Origin: Chiloscyllium plagiosum
Lineage: Eukaryota
DNA length: 20,000 nt
Direction: 5' to 3'
Assembly (NCBI RefSeq): GCF_004010195.1
Contig: NC_057750.1
Coordinates: 16,805,034 to 16,825,033 of the forward strand
Both the position numbers and the translations under genes were made by a program. The notes under the pieces were generated by a model that did not search any database, had not been told where the DNA came from, and worked only from the letters and a program-made list of their open reading frames with translations. Of the stretch, positions 1 to 9,580 are shown one piece after another (within the stretch, counting starts at the first letter, position 1; every line of letters starts with the position of its first letter).

Positions 1-309
1 TTTAACTCTGTATTGTATTGGTATTGTAGCAGTGAGCTTAGAGCATGGTTTGCCTCAGAATACTGGGTTCTTTAATATTCAGCGTTGAGATGCAATAAAT
101 ACCGTCCTTCAGATGCCAAACATAAAGACATTTCTTGATGTTGGCTTCCCCCTGATCTCGAACCTCAAACTCCTAGACAGAGATGTAAACTACAAAAGTA
201 ATTCCACCTGTGAATCATCCTCACAATAACGTCCCCACCTTACCAGTTTCTCTGTATTCTTTTCATGATGTCAAGGCCAAATTGGTGCACAGCGCTTGGA
301 GTGTGTTTT

Positions 310-480
310 AACCAGAAGACCAGAGAAAGCTATTTCAGCTACTCACTGAATCCACAAGAAGGGGCTAAGCTTTACAAGTTCAGCCAGACAATGTCAGGAA
401 ACATCTCCTTACGCAGAGTGTGTGGAAATCAGGAACTGTCTCCCACGAAAAGCTGAGAGGGTGGGAATCTTTAAAGATGT
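310..480 (+). mobile_element. Old CR1-type LINE 3' ORF2 remnant
   Basis: From 390 it reads NVRKHLLTQSV, then after a frameshift VEIRNCLPRKAE. This resembles the CR1 C-terminal RKHFFTQRVVxxWNxLP motif. Boundaries approximate. Confidence 0.45.
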
Positions 481-601
481 CAAAAACTAATATTGATTGA
501 TACTTGAAACAAAAATACACAAGTAGCAGGTCTGGTAACATCTGTTGAGAGTAACAACAGGCATAAGCAAACAAAGAAATGGTTGATGATTAGCCAACAG
601 G

Positions 602-929
602 CAGAGTGGGACCATTTGGCACAGCCACTTTGGCGTGAGTGTTTCGGCGCAGCTCATCTTGATTTCAGGATTAATGAAAGCAGTAAAAATAAAAGTTGAT
701 TCCTTTTCAGGCTTAGTTAAAAACATTACTGAAAGCAATAAAAATAAAAGTAATGTTTATCCTCTTTAGCAAAAATGTTAAAGAGAAAAAAAAAACAGAA
801 ACTTGTTAACTAAGCCTGAAATCAATATTAGCTGCACCGAAACAGCTCTGCGGCTAAACGGGTCTGTGGCAAAACGGCCTGCGCCGAAACACTCGCACCA
901 AAGTGGCTGCGCCGAATGGTCCTACACCC
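602..929. mobile_element. Non-autonomous DNA transposon (MITE), Mutator/MULE-like by its 9-bp TSD
   Basis: 609-652 is the reverse complement of 879-922 (40/44). 641-669 pairs with 815-843 (26/29) and 705-720 with 806-821 (16/16). Direct repeat GCCAACAGG at 593-601 and 930-938 sits exactly outside the ungapped TIR register. Confidence 0.75.
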
Positions 930-939
930 GCCAACAGGG

Positions 940-1279
940 ATGCCGCACAGTGGCTCAGTGGTTAGTATTGTTCATTCACAGCACCAGGGACCTGGGTTCA
1001 GTTCCACTCTGGGAGTAACTGTCAGTGTGGAGATTGCATATTCTCTCCGTGTCTGTGTGGGTTTCCTCTGGGTGTTCCAGACCCAGAGACGCAGTCCAAA
1101 GATGAGCAGGTTAGGGTGGATTGACAATGCTAAATTGCCCCATAGTGTCCAGGGACATGGATGTTAGGTGGGTTAGCCGTGGTAAAAATGCAGGGTTGTA
1201 GGGTTGAGATGCTCTTTGGAGGGTCGGTGTGGACTCGATGGGCTGAATGGCCTACTTCCATACCATAGGGATTCTATGA
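940..1279 (+). mobile_element. tRNA-derived V-SINE (shark HE1-like), near full length
   Basis: A box TGGCTCAGTGG (~951-961), B-box-like GGTTCAGTTCC (~995-1005), V-domain GTGTGGAGATTGCATATTCTCTCCGTGTCTGTGTGGGTTTCC, and CR1-like tail GGGCTGAATGGCCT...GATTCTATGA. Confidence 0.9.
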
Positions 1280-1419
1280 AGTGTGAGATAAATACCAGGT
1301 AGGGTGCAATGAGAATTGTAAATAGTGAGTTGGCTGAGCACGGAGCAGCCCATACAAACAGCATTGAGGGGTGGGGAGGCAGGGGAATTGACGTGGAGGA
1401 GGGAGACCTTGTTCTGAAA

Positions 1420-1530
1420 CCATCTCAGGCCTGCTCCAGCCAGGCTCAACACAAGATGGATGAACAACACCTCATCTTTCACCTCGTTACCTTAACACCC
1501 AACATGGAGTTTAACAATTTCAGAACGTGA
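1420..1530 (+). mobile_element. Penelope-like element remnant, end of GIY-YIG ORF
   Basis: ORF 1309-1530 ends SQAQHKMDEQHLIFHLVTLTPNMEFNNFRT*, matching the PLE C-terminal RKLEEQHLIFRLGTLxPxGLNxEF pattern. Confidence 0.7.
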
Positions 1531-1599
1531 TTAGCCCTGTGTTCCTCCAACACTCTCAGTTTCTCTCTCAGATTTCCAGTATACACAGGTCTCTGTGTC

Positions 1600-1724
1600 A
1601 TTTTATTAATTGACGAGAGTGTTAACTGATATGTAACAAAACTGGGTAAATGTGAGGGTAAGATATTGATGGGCAGTAGTCTGACTGAGTGGTGCAACAG
1701 GCTTGAAGGGCTGAATGGCCTGCT
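1600..1724 (+). mobile_element. CR1-type LINE 3' UTR remnant
   Basis: Ends with CAGGCTTGAAGGGCTGAATGGCCT, the CR1 3' motif also seen at ~11830-11852. Confidence 0.55.
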
Positions 1725-1992
1725 AGTGCTGTCATTTGTATTAATGATTTGGATGAGAATATAGAAGGTATGGTTATTACGATTGCAGACGATACCAAAA
1801 TTGGTGACATAGTGGAGAGTGAAGAAGGATATCTAAGGTTACAAAGAGATTTTGATCAATTGGGTCAATGGGCTGAGGAGTGGTGGATGGACTTTAGATT
1901 AATGTGAGGTATTGCATTTTGCTAAAACAAACAAGGGCAGGACTTATACAATTAAAAGCAGGGCCTTAGGTAGTGTTGTAGAACAGAGAGAT

Positions 1993-2092
1993 TCCTGGTA
2001 TTCCTGATGAAGGGCTTTTGCCTGAAACGTCGATTTTCCTGCTCCTCGGATGCTGCATGAAATGCTGTGCTTTTCCAGCACCACTCTAGTCC
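1993..2092 (+). mobile_element. 100-bp solo PLE terminal-repeat insert (family 1) with 14-bp TSD
   Basis: Homologous to the reverse complement of the PLE 3' end at ~6280-6378. Flanked by TAGAACAGAGAGAT at 1979-1992 and 2093-2106. Confidence 0.85.
2001..2034 (+). ncRNA. Minimal type I hammerhead ribozyme-like motif (PLE family 1)
   Basis: CTGATGA (2004-2010), A, stem II GGGC-TTTT-GCCT, then GAAAC-GTC (2024-2031). Palindromic ACGT stem III. Stem I is weak. Confidence 0.5.
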
Positions 2093-3611
2093 TAGAACAG
2101 AGAGATCCAGGATTCAGGTACATAATTCTTTGAAGTTTGCGTCAAAGTTAACAGGGTTGTTAAGAAGGTATTTAGCACATTAACCTTCGTTGCTCAAACC
2201 TTTGAGTATAGGAGTTGGGATGTCATGTTGGCATTGTGCAGAACAATGGTGATGCCTCCTCCAGAATACTGTGTCCAGCTCTGCTCACCCAGTTACAGAG
2301 AGGGTCCAGCAAAGATTTTGTTGCCCAGGGGAATGGAGATTTGAGTTATAAGGAGATCCTGGAAAGGGTGGGTTTTTTTTAATGGAGTGTACAAGATTGC
2401 AGGGTGACCTTATAGATGTTTATCAAATCATGAGGGGTATAGATAAGGTGATTGGAAAGTATCTTCTCCCAGTGGTATGTGATTTCAAAACTAGGCAGCG
2501 TATTTTTAAGATGCGAGAAGAAGAGATTTTAAAATGACTTGAGGGGTGACTTTTTAATACAGAGTATTGTTCATGTGTGGAAAGAACTTCCAGAGGAAGT
2601 GGTGGATGTGGGCACAGTTACAACTTTTAAAAGACATTTGGATTAGTACATGAATAAGAAAGATTTGGAGGGATATGGGCTAAGTTCAGGAAGGTGGGGC
2701 TAGTTTAGTTTGGGATTATGGTCAGCGTGGACTGGTTGGACTGAAAGGTCTGTCTGCGTGCTGTATGACTCTATGACTCCCGTGTGCCATTGTCTGACTT
2801 ATTTGGGAGCTGAGTTCCTTTCCTGTGCCTTCCTGATGCCTGTATCCCTGTCCTTCCTTATTGTGACAATCTCTAGTGCTCAACGCTGGAATTCCATTCA
2901 GTATAACCCCTAAAACTCCCCAAATTACCCAGAGTTACTCGCACAACAAAAACTGCCTTTGTCAAAGCAACGGGATAGGAAAAATAAGATAATCATGGAA
3001 GGGTAAACATTTAAAACGATTGAGCAGTGAGACAGGCCAAATGTGTCCTCTGACTCTGGGACCTCCATTTGCTCACAATGTTTAGGAAATCTGTTTTTGT
3101 AAGATGTAGAATTCCCAGGAGAAGTGAGCTCTGACCATAGATTATTTTGATAAAATACTATTGGCTGTAACAACTGTAATTTAGAAAGGGAAGGAAGTGA
3201 TTCGAAAGTTTGACATTCTTGATTTGTCTTGATGGCCTAGGATATTGTACCTGGCACTATGTATTACACACTCAAAGGCCTTTCCGAACAGATAGTTTGG
3301 GAAGGAATAATTGATGTTCAGTACTCCCCCATACAAGCAAGCAAAATGTCCAAAATTGTTGGCTGGACAGGTCAGTTGATTGAGTTCATCCCAAACCAGG
3401 CCCACAATGGTCAAATGATTCTATCCACCACCCCACCCCCACCAACCCCACTGGCTCCTCCTCATTATACCCACCATCCACTGAGATCGGCATCCACTGG
3501 GAGAGGAATGAGCCCCAGAATCAGCCTGGGAGAAATGTCCTGCAAGATTCCTTTCAAACTGCATAAGGTATTGAACGCCAGTCCTGGATGTTACACAGAG
3601 CAAACAGTCAC

Positions 3612-3692
3612 CTTCTGTCGTCTCTGCCTTTGCCTGGAGCTGCTGCTGCTCCCTCTGGAAGGTGAGAGCTGAGCAGCAGTGAGACCATCAGC
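3612..3692 (-). CDS. Candidate 81-bp internal exon of an unidentified gene
   Basis: Minus strand: gttgttggtttag|GCTGATGG...CGACAGAAG|gtgact. Length divisible by 3, with two open frames (ADGLTAAQLSPSRGSSSSSRQRQRRQK or LMVSLLLSSHLPEGAAAAPGKGRDDR). No recognised homology and a weak polypyrimidine tract. Confidence 0.25.
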
Positions 3693-3914
3693 CTAAACCA
3701 ACAACACGTTCCAGAGGTTCACTGCTCCTTGGGGAGAGACAGAACCATCCAATATCTGGTCTATTTCAAATCTCACATCGTCTCAACTCATCTCCACCAC
3801 AGCCGGGCGATCACGTACAATGCACGCCAGGCGTAGGAATTCAACTTTAGGCAAATTGGCCAAACAGCTAGAACAGAGCAATATTTGCACTCTTACCTAG
3901 TAATTTGTTTAACC

Positions 3915-4150
3915 TTCATGGGAAGCAGGTATTGTTGGTAAGGCCAGTATTTGTAACTCCTCTTGAACTGAGTGGCTTGGTAAACTATATCAGAGGGCAG
4001 TTAAGAGTTAACCACATTGGTGCAGAACTGGAGTCACATGCAGGCCAGACTGGGTAAGGAAGCCAGATTTCCTTCCTTAAATATCAATGAACAAGATGGG
4101 GCTTTTTTCCCCCACCAGTACAAATGTCATTATCACATTAGTAATATTTA
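3915..4150 (-). mobile_element. Shark LINE-derived repeat, 3' portion (CR1/L2-superclade)
   Basis: CTTGAACTGAGTGGCTTG...AGAGGGCAGTTAAGAGTTAACCACATT...GGAGTCACATG.AGGCCAGAC is a common elasmobranch repeat segment recognised from memory. Family assignment uncertain. Confidence 0.6.
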
Positions 4151-4334
4151 TACCGGTTAGTGAGTTCTTATCTACAAACTTGACTGTGCAGAAAGTGAGA
4201 CGGATGATTACAAAATACAAGCGCGAACCCTTGCTCGCTGATAGAGATTTCCCAGTACTCACAGATGCATGATTAAACAAGCCACTTTGCTGTTGTGATT
4301 GAGTGCTGAAACTCAGTGAACTCAATCATAAAAG

Positions 4335-4800
4335 GTTCAGAAAACAATAATCCAGGTTGCATTACAGCACACATAGAAGGCCTCGCTGATCTTTAAGAGG
4401 GGCCGTATTTTCTCTCTAGTTACTCTCTAGCCCTTAATGCACTTGTAGAATCTCTTTGGATTCTCCTTAACCTTATATTGCAAACTATTTCATGTCCCCT
4501 TTTCGCCCTCCTGATTTCCCTCTTAAGTATACTCCCACACCTCCAATACTCCTCAAGGGATTCACTCGATCCCAGCTGTCTATACCTGACATATGCCTCC
4601 TTAATGAGAGCCTCACTATCTCTAGTCATCCAGTATTCCCTCCTCCTGTCAGCCTTGCCCTTCACACTAACAGGAACATGCGCTCACTGAACTTGTTACC
4701 TCGTTTTTGAAAGCCACCCCCACTTGCTACATGTCCCTTGACCAGCAAACTGCCTCCCCCAATCAGCTTTTGAAAGCTCCTGTCTAACACCATCATAAAG
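4335..4800 (-). mobile_element. CR1 LINE ORF2 fragment (endonuclease-RT linker)
   Basis: ORF 4420-4665 reads REYWMTRDSEALIKEAYVRYRQLGSSESLEEYWRCGSILKREIRRAKRGHE. A frameshifted RVTRE..PLKDQ follows. Confidence 0.85.
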
Positions 4801-4839
4801 TATCTGCTGCCCTTGTCCTTCCGAATACTGGAAGATGGA

Positions 4840-5310
4840 GGTTTGGATGGTTCTCTCGAATGAGCCCTGATCAGTTGTTGTCGTACCATCTCAAGCAGTG
4901 CATTTCAGAACAGAACCACTTACTGAGTGTAAAAGCTTTGCCTCATCTCACCATTCCTTCCTTTTCCAATGACCGTAGACCAGTGTCCTCTGGTTCTCAA
5001 TCTTCCAGCAACAGGTACAGTTTCTCCTTGTCACTTCTGTTCGGTCCCCTCATGATTTTGAATATTACAATCAAATCTCTCTCAGCCTTGCCCTCTCCAG
5101 GGTAAACAGTCCCACTTTCTCCAATCTATCTTCATTACTGAAGTTGTTCATCCCTGAAATTATTCTGGTAAACCTTCTCCATGGTCTCTCCAATGCTTTC
5201 ATAGTTTTCCTCAAGTGTGGTGCCCAGAACTGAATGCAGTATTCCAACTGAGGCTGAACTCAGTGTTTTCCATCTGATCACCATCACCTCCTCTCTCTTG
5301 TAGTCTGTGC
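4840..5310 (-). mobile_element. Old CR1 LINE 3' ORF2 fragment
   Basis: Reverse complement of ~5210-5255 gives PQLEYCIQFWAPHLRK, the CR1 LEYCVQFWxP motif. The downstream part is decayed. Confidence 0.75.
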
Positions 5311-5321
5311 CTCTCTTTTAG

Positions 5322-5848
5322 GTGCTTCTGGAAGGAAGTCTGGAGAAAGAAGCAGGGGTCTTTGCAAAGGTTTGACCTGAACTGCTCCATGACCCTGTAC
5401 AGCCTGTTCCCTGGGACGCAGACCAAGAGAAACATCAACTGAGCCTGAAGGACCATCAACTCAGTGAAAGACGCTCTTTGGTTTCCCCGAAACGTGTTGG
5501 TCTTCCAGAGCAAGGAGTTGACCCTGACTGAATGGCACATTCCTAGGTCCAGGACTACGTGCCGAGGGATGCACTAAACCCCAGGGTAGCTGCCACCAAG
5601 GTGCAGTGGGGAAAGACCACTGTCTGAGGTCTTCCTGCTGAAGTTAAACAGGGGGTCCGTTCAGTTGTCAGAGCCTTCCAACGCCTCAAATACATCTAAA
5701 TACAATCTTGTACAATGAACAAATGCCTTTGGTTTGTTTGCTGGATAGTGAAACTTTCTCCATATGCTACCGTACAAAACCAACTGCTTTAGTGGCTAAA
5801 TTAAAAATATTTTTAGGACTAAAGTATATTGTTGGAATAAAAATAAAT
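5322..5848 (+). mobile_element. L1/Tx1-clade LINE 3' end
   Basis: Decayed frames LYSLFPGTQTKRNIN, TINSVKDALWFPRNVLVFQSKELT and VQDYVPRDALNPRVAATKVQWGKTTV* (TGA 5625-5627). A 3' UTR follows and ends in AATAAAAATAAA. Confidence 0.75.
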
Positions 5849-5929
5849 CTGTGCCCCTCTTAATAAATCCCAGCTTTTTGGGTGTTTTTGGAGCTGCAGT
5901 CATCCAGGTAAGTGGGCAGCATCTCATCG

Positions 5930-6112
5930 AAGCTAAAAATCACACAACACCAGGTCAGAGTCCAACTGGTTTATTTGGAAGCACTAGCTTTCGGAGCACT
6001 GCTCCTTCATCAGGTGGTTGTGGAGCTCCAAAGCTAGTGCTTCCAAATAAACCTGTTGGACTCTGACCTGGTGTTGTGTGATTTTTAACTTTGTCCAACA
6101 CCCGCACCTCCA
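5930..6112. mobile_element. Palindromic pair of PLE family-2 terminal repeats
   Basis: 5930-5998 is the reverse complement of 6025-6091 (2 substitutions, 1 indel). Homologous to ~9450-9580 (+) and 10872-11000 (-). Confidence 0.85.
5982..6016 (-). ncRNA. Minimal type I hammerhead ribozyme-like motif (PLE family 2)
   Basis: Minus strand CAC-CTGATGA-A-GGAGC-AGT-GCTCC-GAAAGCTA-GTG: intact core, 5-bp stem II, palindromic AGCT stem III, CUA cleavage triplet and 3-bp stem I (CAC/GTG). Confidence 0.65.
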
Positions 6113-6117
6113 TATTT

Positions 6118-6244
6118 TATCCTGACTTGTGCCTTGTGTCATGTGAATAGAGTTTGGAGAGATGGAAGAGGAGTTCCTCACGGCTGAATTCCCACTCTCT
6201 GACTTGCTACTGTATTTATATGGCTAGGCCATTTCAGGTTCTGG
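6118..6244 (-). mobile_element. Decayed LINE fragment, same family as 15800-16580
   Basis: Its reverse complement aligns with ~16197-16328 (CCAGAA..TGAA.TGG.CTAGC..TATAAATAC...AAGGCACAAGTCAGGA). Confidence 0.65.
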
Positions 6245-6336
6245 GAGAAAGCGGGGACTGCAGATGCTGGAGATCAGAGTCGAGAGTATGGCACTAGAAA
6301 AACACAACATGTCAGGCAGCATCCGAGGAGCAGGAA

Positions 6337-6373
6337 AATCGACGTTTCGGGCAAAAGCCCTTCATCAGGAATA
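6337..6373 (-). ncRNA. Minimal hammerhead ribozyme-like motif in PLE 3' repeat (family 1)
   Basis: Minus strand TATTC-CTGATGA-A-GGGC-TTTT-GCCC-GAAAC-GTC-GATT. Core and stem II are perfect; stem I is weak. Confidence 0.55.
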
Positions 6374-6572
6374 CAGGCAGAGTGCCTGAAGGGTGGAGAG
6401 GTAAATGAGAGGAGGTTGGGATAGGGAGAAAGTAGCATAGAGTAAAATAGGTGAGTAGGGGTGGGAAATGAAGGTGATAAATCAGGGAGGAGGGTGGGGA
6501 AAGGTAGCAAAGAGTACAATGGGTGAATGGGGATGGGGATGAAGGTGATAGGTCAGAGAGGAGTGTGGAGTG

Positions 6573-6788
6573 NNNNNNNNNNNNNNNNNNNNNNNNNNNN
6601 NNNNNNNNNNNNNNNNNNNNNNNNNNNNNNNNNNNNNNNNNNNNNNNNNNNNNNNNNNNNNNNNNNNNNNNNNNNNNNNNNNNNNNNNNNNNNNNNNNNN
6701 NNNNNNNNNNNNNNNNNNNNNNNNNNNNNNNNNNNNNNNNNNNNNNNNNNNNNNNNNNNNNNNNNNNNNNNNNNNNNNNNNNNNNNNN
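6573..6788. other. Assembly gap (216 N)
   Basis: Run of N. Confidence 1.
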
Positions 6789-7610
6789 GGTGGCAGGGGA
6801 AAGTGCCAGGATGGGAGGGTGGGTTGTAGGGGGCATGGACCTGACCAGGTAGTCACGGAGGGAACGGTCTTTGCGGAAGGCAGAAAGGGATGGGGAGGGA
6901 AATATATCCCTGGTGGTGGGGTCTTTTTGGAGGTTGCGGAAATGTCGGAGGGTGATTTGGCTTATGCGAAGGTTGGTAAGGTGGAAGGTGAGCACCAGGG
7001 GGTTCTGTCATTGTTACAGTCGGAGGAGTAGGGTCTGAGGGCAGAGGTGTGGGATGTGGACGAGATGCGTTGGAGGGCATCTTTAACCATGTGGGAAGGG
7101 AAATTGCGGTCTCTAAAGGAGGCCATCTGGTGTGTTCTGTGATGGAACTTGTCCTCCTGGGAGCAGATAAGGCAGAGGCAGAGGAATTGGGAATATGGGA
7201 TGGCATTTTTGCAGGAGGTAGGGAAGAGGTGTAATCCAGGTAGCTGTGGGAGTCGATGGGTTTGTAAAAAATGTCGGTGTCAAGCTGGTCATCATTAATG
7301 GAGATGGAGAGGTCCAGGAAGGGGAGGGAGGTGTCAGAGATGGTCCAGGTAAATTTAAGTCAGGGTGGAATGTGTTGGTGAAGTTGATGAATTGCTCAAC
7401 CTCCTCGCGGGAGCATGAGGTGGCGCCAATGCAGTCATCAATGTAGCAGAGGAAGAGGTGGGGAGTGGTGCCGGTGTAATTACGGAAGATCGACTGTTCT
7501 ACGTAACCAACAAAGAGACAGGCATAGCTGGGGCCCATACAGGTGCCCATGGCTATCCCATTGGTCTGGAGGAAGTGGGAGGATTCGAAGGAGAAATTGT
7601 TAAGGGTGAG

Positions 7611-7804
7611 GAGCATCTCAACCCTACAACCCTGCATTTTTACCACGGCTAACCCACCTAACATCCATGTCCCTGGACACTATGGGGCAATTTAGCATTG
7701 TCAATCCACCCTAACCTGCTCATCTTTGGACTGCGTCTCTGGGTCTGGAACACCCAGAGGAAACCCACACAGACACGGAGAGAATGTGCAATCTCCACAC
7801 TGAC
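7611..7804 (-). repeat. Inverted near-identical copy of SINE interior 1021-1214
   Basis: 193/194 identical to the reverse complement of 1021-1214; only 1039 vs 7786 differs. Confidence 0.95.
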
Positions 7805-7889
7805 TCCATTTCTAAAGTGGGAATTACAGAATCTTACATGGATTTATGCAGTTTTTGACCCAAAATAAAATTTTATTCTGCAAATACAA
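7801..7889 (-). mobile_element. PLE family-2 3' UTR fragment
   Basis: Reverse complement (TTGTATTTGCAGA...AAAACTGCATAAATCCATGTAAGATTCTGTAATTCCCACTTTAGAAA) is a diverged homolog of ~9116-9202. Confidence 0.75.
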
Positions 7890-8067
7890 GGGTACATGTG
7901 TGGGTGTGAGTTACAATACATCAAAGTTTACTTAGACTGTGCTATCATATGTGTTAGGCTAAGTACTATTTTTGTTTCGATTTTTACTGGTTTTTATGGT
8001 GGTTTGCCCCAAACCTTAGGCCCCTCTATTTCTATTGCACCATTCTCTATAATATGGCATTGCATAG

Positions 8068-8155
8068 AGATCTCAAAAATGTGTTGCTGGCAAAGCGCAG
8101 CAGGTCAGGCAGCATCAAAGGAGAAGGAGAATCGACGTTTCGGGCATAAGCCCTT
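8068..8155 (-). mobile_element. Solo PLE family-1 terminal-repeat fragment
   Basis: Very similar to 9893-9980. Truncated within the hammerhead motif, so it has stem II-GAAAC-GTC but no CTGATGA. Confidence 0.85.
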
Positions 8156-9090
8156 GTGGGGTGTGTATGTTGTGAGTGTGTGTGTTGGGGGTGGTTTGAG
8201 TGTCTGTGTGTGAGTGTAATGGGGTATACATCTGTGAGAGTGTGTGTGTGTATAGTGTAGTGGGGTCACCTGTAGTGTGACATGAATCCAAGGTCCCAGT
8301 TGAGGCTATCCCCACGGGTACTGAACTTGGCTATCAGCCTCTGCTCGGCCACTTTGCGTTGTTGCCCGTGCTGAAGTCTGCTTTGGAGGACGGCCACCTG
8401 AAGGTCCAAGGTCAAATATCCTGGACCGCTGAAGTGTTCCCCGACTTTAAGGGAACACCCCTGCCTGGTAATTGTTGTGCGGGTGTCCATTCATCCGTTG
8501 TCGTAGCGTCTGCTTGGTCTCGGCAGTGTACCATACCTCAAGACATCTTTGCCTGCAGCATATGAGATAGACAACATTGGCCATGTCACATGAGTACTAG
8601 CTGCATGGATGGTGGGAGGTGTCCCCACATGTAACGGTCTTGCAGCATCTGCCACGACAGGGTTGTACGCTGTTGTCCAGAAAGCCGGGCAGTTTGCTAT
8701 GAACATTGATCTGTTTGAGGTTTGGCGTTTGTTTAAAAGCGAGAAGTGGAGGTGTGGGGAAGGTCTTGGCGAGGTGCTCATCCTCATTGATAACGTGTTG
8801 TAGACTGTGTAGAACATGGTGCAGTTTTTCGGCTCCTGGGAAATACTGGACAACAAAGGGTAACCTGTTGGTTGCAGCTCATGTTTGCCTCCTGAGGAGG
8901 TCATTACAGTTTCTCGCTGTGACACATTGGAACTGGCAGTTGATGAGTTGAACACCATACTCCGTTCTTATGGGAGCATTCTTGAGCACTTTCAAGTGTC
9001 TATCACGTTCCTCCTCATCTGAGCAGATCCTGTGTATGTGTAGGACTTGTCCATTGGAGATGGCTGTCTTAATATGTTTCGGGTGGAAGA
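8156..9090 (-). mobile_element. Penelope-like element (family 2), decayed GIY-YIG region plus CA-rich tail
   Basis: Minus strand YSCDMANVVYLICCRQRCLEVWYTAETKQTLRQRMNGH (~8483-8596), then VGEHFSGPG...RKVAEQRLIAKF...NWDLGFMSHYR* (ORF 8266-8490). Confidence 0.88.
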
Positions 9091-9104
9091 TGGATTATAA
9101 ATTT

Positions 9105-9580
9105 TTGGGATGAATTTGTACTTGCAGATTTACATGTCATTTTGCTCAAAACTGGATAAATCCAAGTAAAATTCTGTAACTCCCACTTTAGAAACAGAAC
9201 CAGTTTGACCTAACATTGGGACACAGACAGACTTTAACCTCACACCTTAATTATCTGAGCTGAGATGGCATTTATTGTTAAAAGCTTTCTTGAGAATGTA
9301 ACTTTAAAAAAAGTTCTGGGATTTTCACATGAAGGAACTAAAACTAACACGGTCATTCTAAAAGATGAAAGACTCAAGCTAAATTTATTTAATATTACAT
9401 TCCATGACACTGCAATTCTGTTGCTATAAAGTCTGTATCTTACGATTCTGCTCCACAGCCACCCGATGAAAAAGCAGTGCTTTGAAAGCTAGTGATTCCA
9501 AATAAACTTGTTGTCTATATCCTGGTGTTGTGCGATTTATAACTTTGTCCACCCAAGTCCAACACCGGCTCCTCCAAATC
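9105..9580 (+). mobile_element. PLE family-2 3' UTR/terminal repeat, inverted relative to the adjacent ORF
   Basis: Ends with a degenerate hammerhead (CAC-CCGATGA-AAAAGCAGTGCTTT-GAAAGCTA-GTG) and the same terminal sequence as 6025-6112. An inverted terminal repeat at a truncated 5' end is a known PLE architecture. Confidence 0.8.

Larger units (their letters stand above)
1726..2779 (+). mobile_element. 5'-truncated CR1 (HER1-like) LINE, interrupted at 1993-2092
   Basis: Translates as INDLDENIEGMVITIADDTKIGDIVESEEGYLRLQRDFDQLGQWAEEW (RT xADD motif), followed by a decayed C-terminus and a TATGACTCTATGACTC tail. Confidence 0.9.
6245..7612 (-). mobile_element. Penelope-like retroelement (family 1), 5'-truncated, spans assembly gap
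   Basis: RT LTLNNFSF...GIAMGTCMGPSYACLFVGYVEQ...YIDDCIG (ORF 7113-7664). Further frameshifted PLE sequence follows (LRHFRNLQKDPTTRDIFPSPSLSAFRKDRSLRDYLVRS). The 3' terminal repeat lies at ~6245-6378. Confidence 0.92.

Noticed and set aside
347..452. Apparent minus-strand exon (CTCTCAG acceptor, GTGAGT donor)
   Set aside because: All three frames contain stops and the sequence is an antisense CR1 remnant.
3259..3672. 137-aa plus-strand ORF with a Pro-rich stretch
   Set aside because: No recognisable domain; the prolines come from a C-rich low-complexity patch.
5875..5912. Strong plus-strand donor CAG|GTAAGT
   Set aside because: Only a short exon with a poor acceptor could be built, and it is wedged between repeats.
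6312..7031. ORFs spanning the N run
   Set aside because: Their length is an artefact of the assembly gap.
7113..7664. Novel N-terminus (MLGGLAVVKMQGCRVEML) on the PLE RT ORF
   Set aside because: Chance read-through from the templated SINE patch into a truncated, frameshifted RT.
7801..9202. 7801-7889 and 9116-9202 as TIRs of a DNA transposon
   Set aside because: Both are diverged PLE family-2 UTR pieces. The right copy continues ~380 bp further and there is no TSD.
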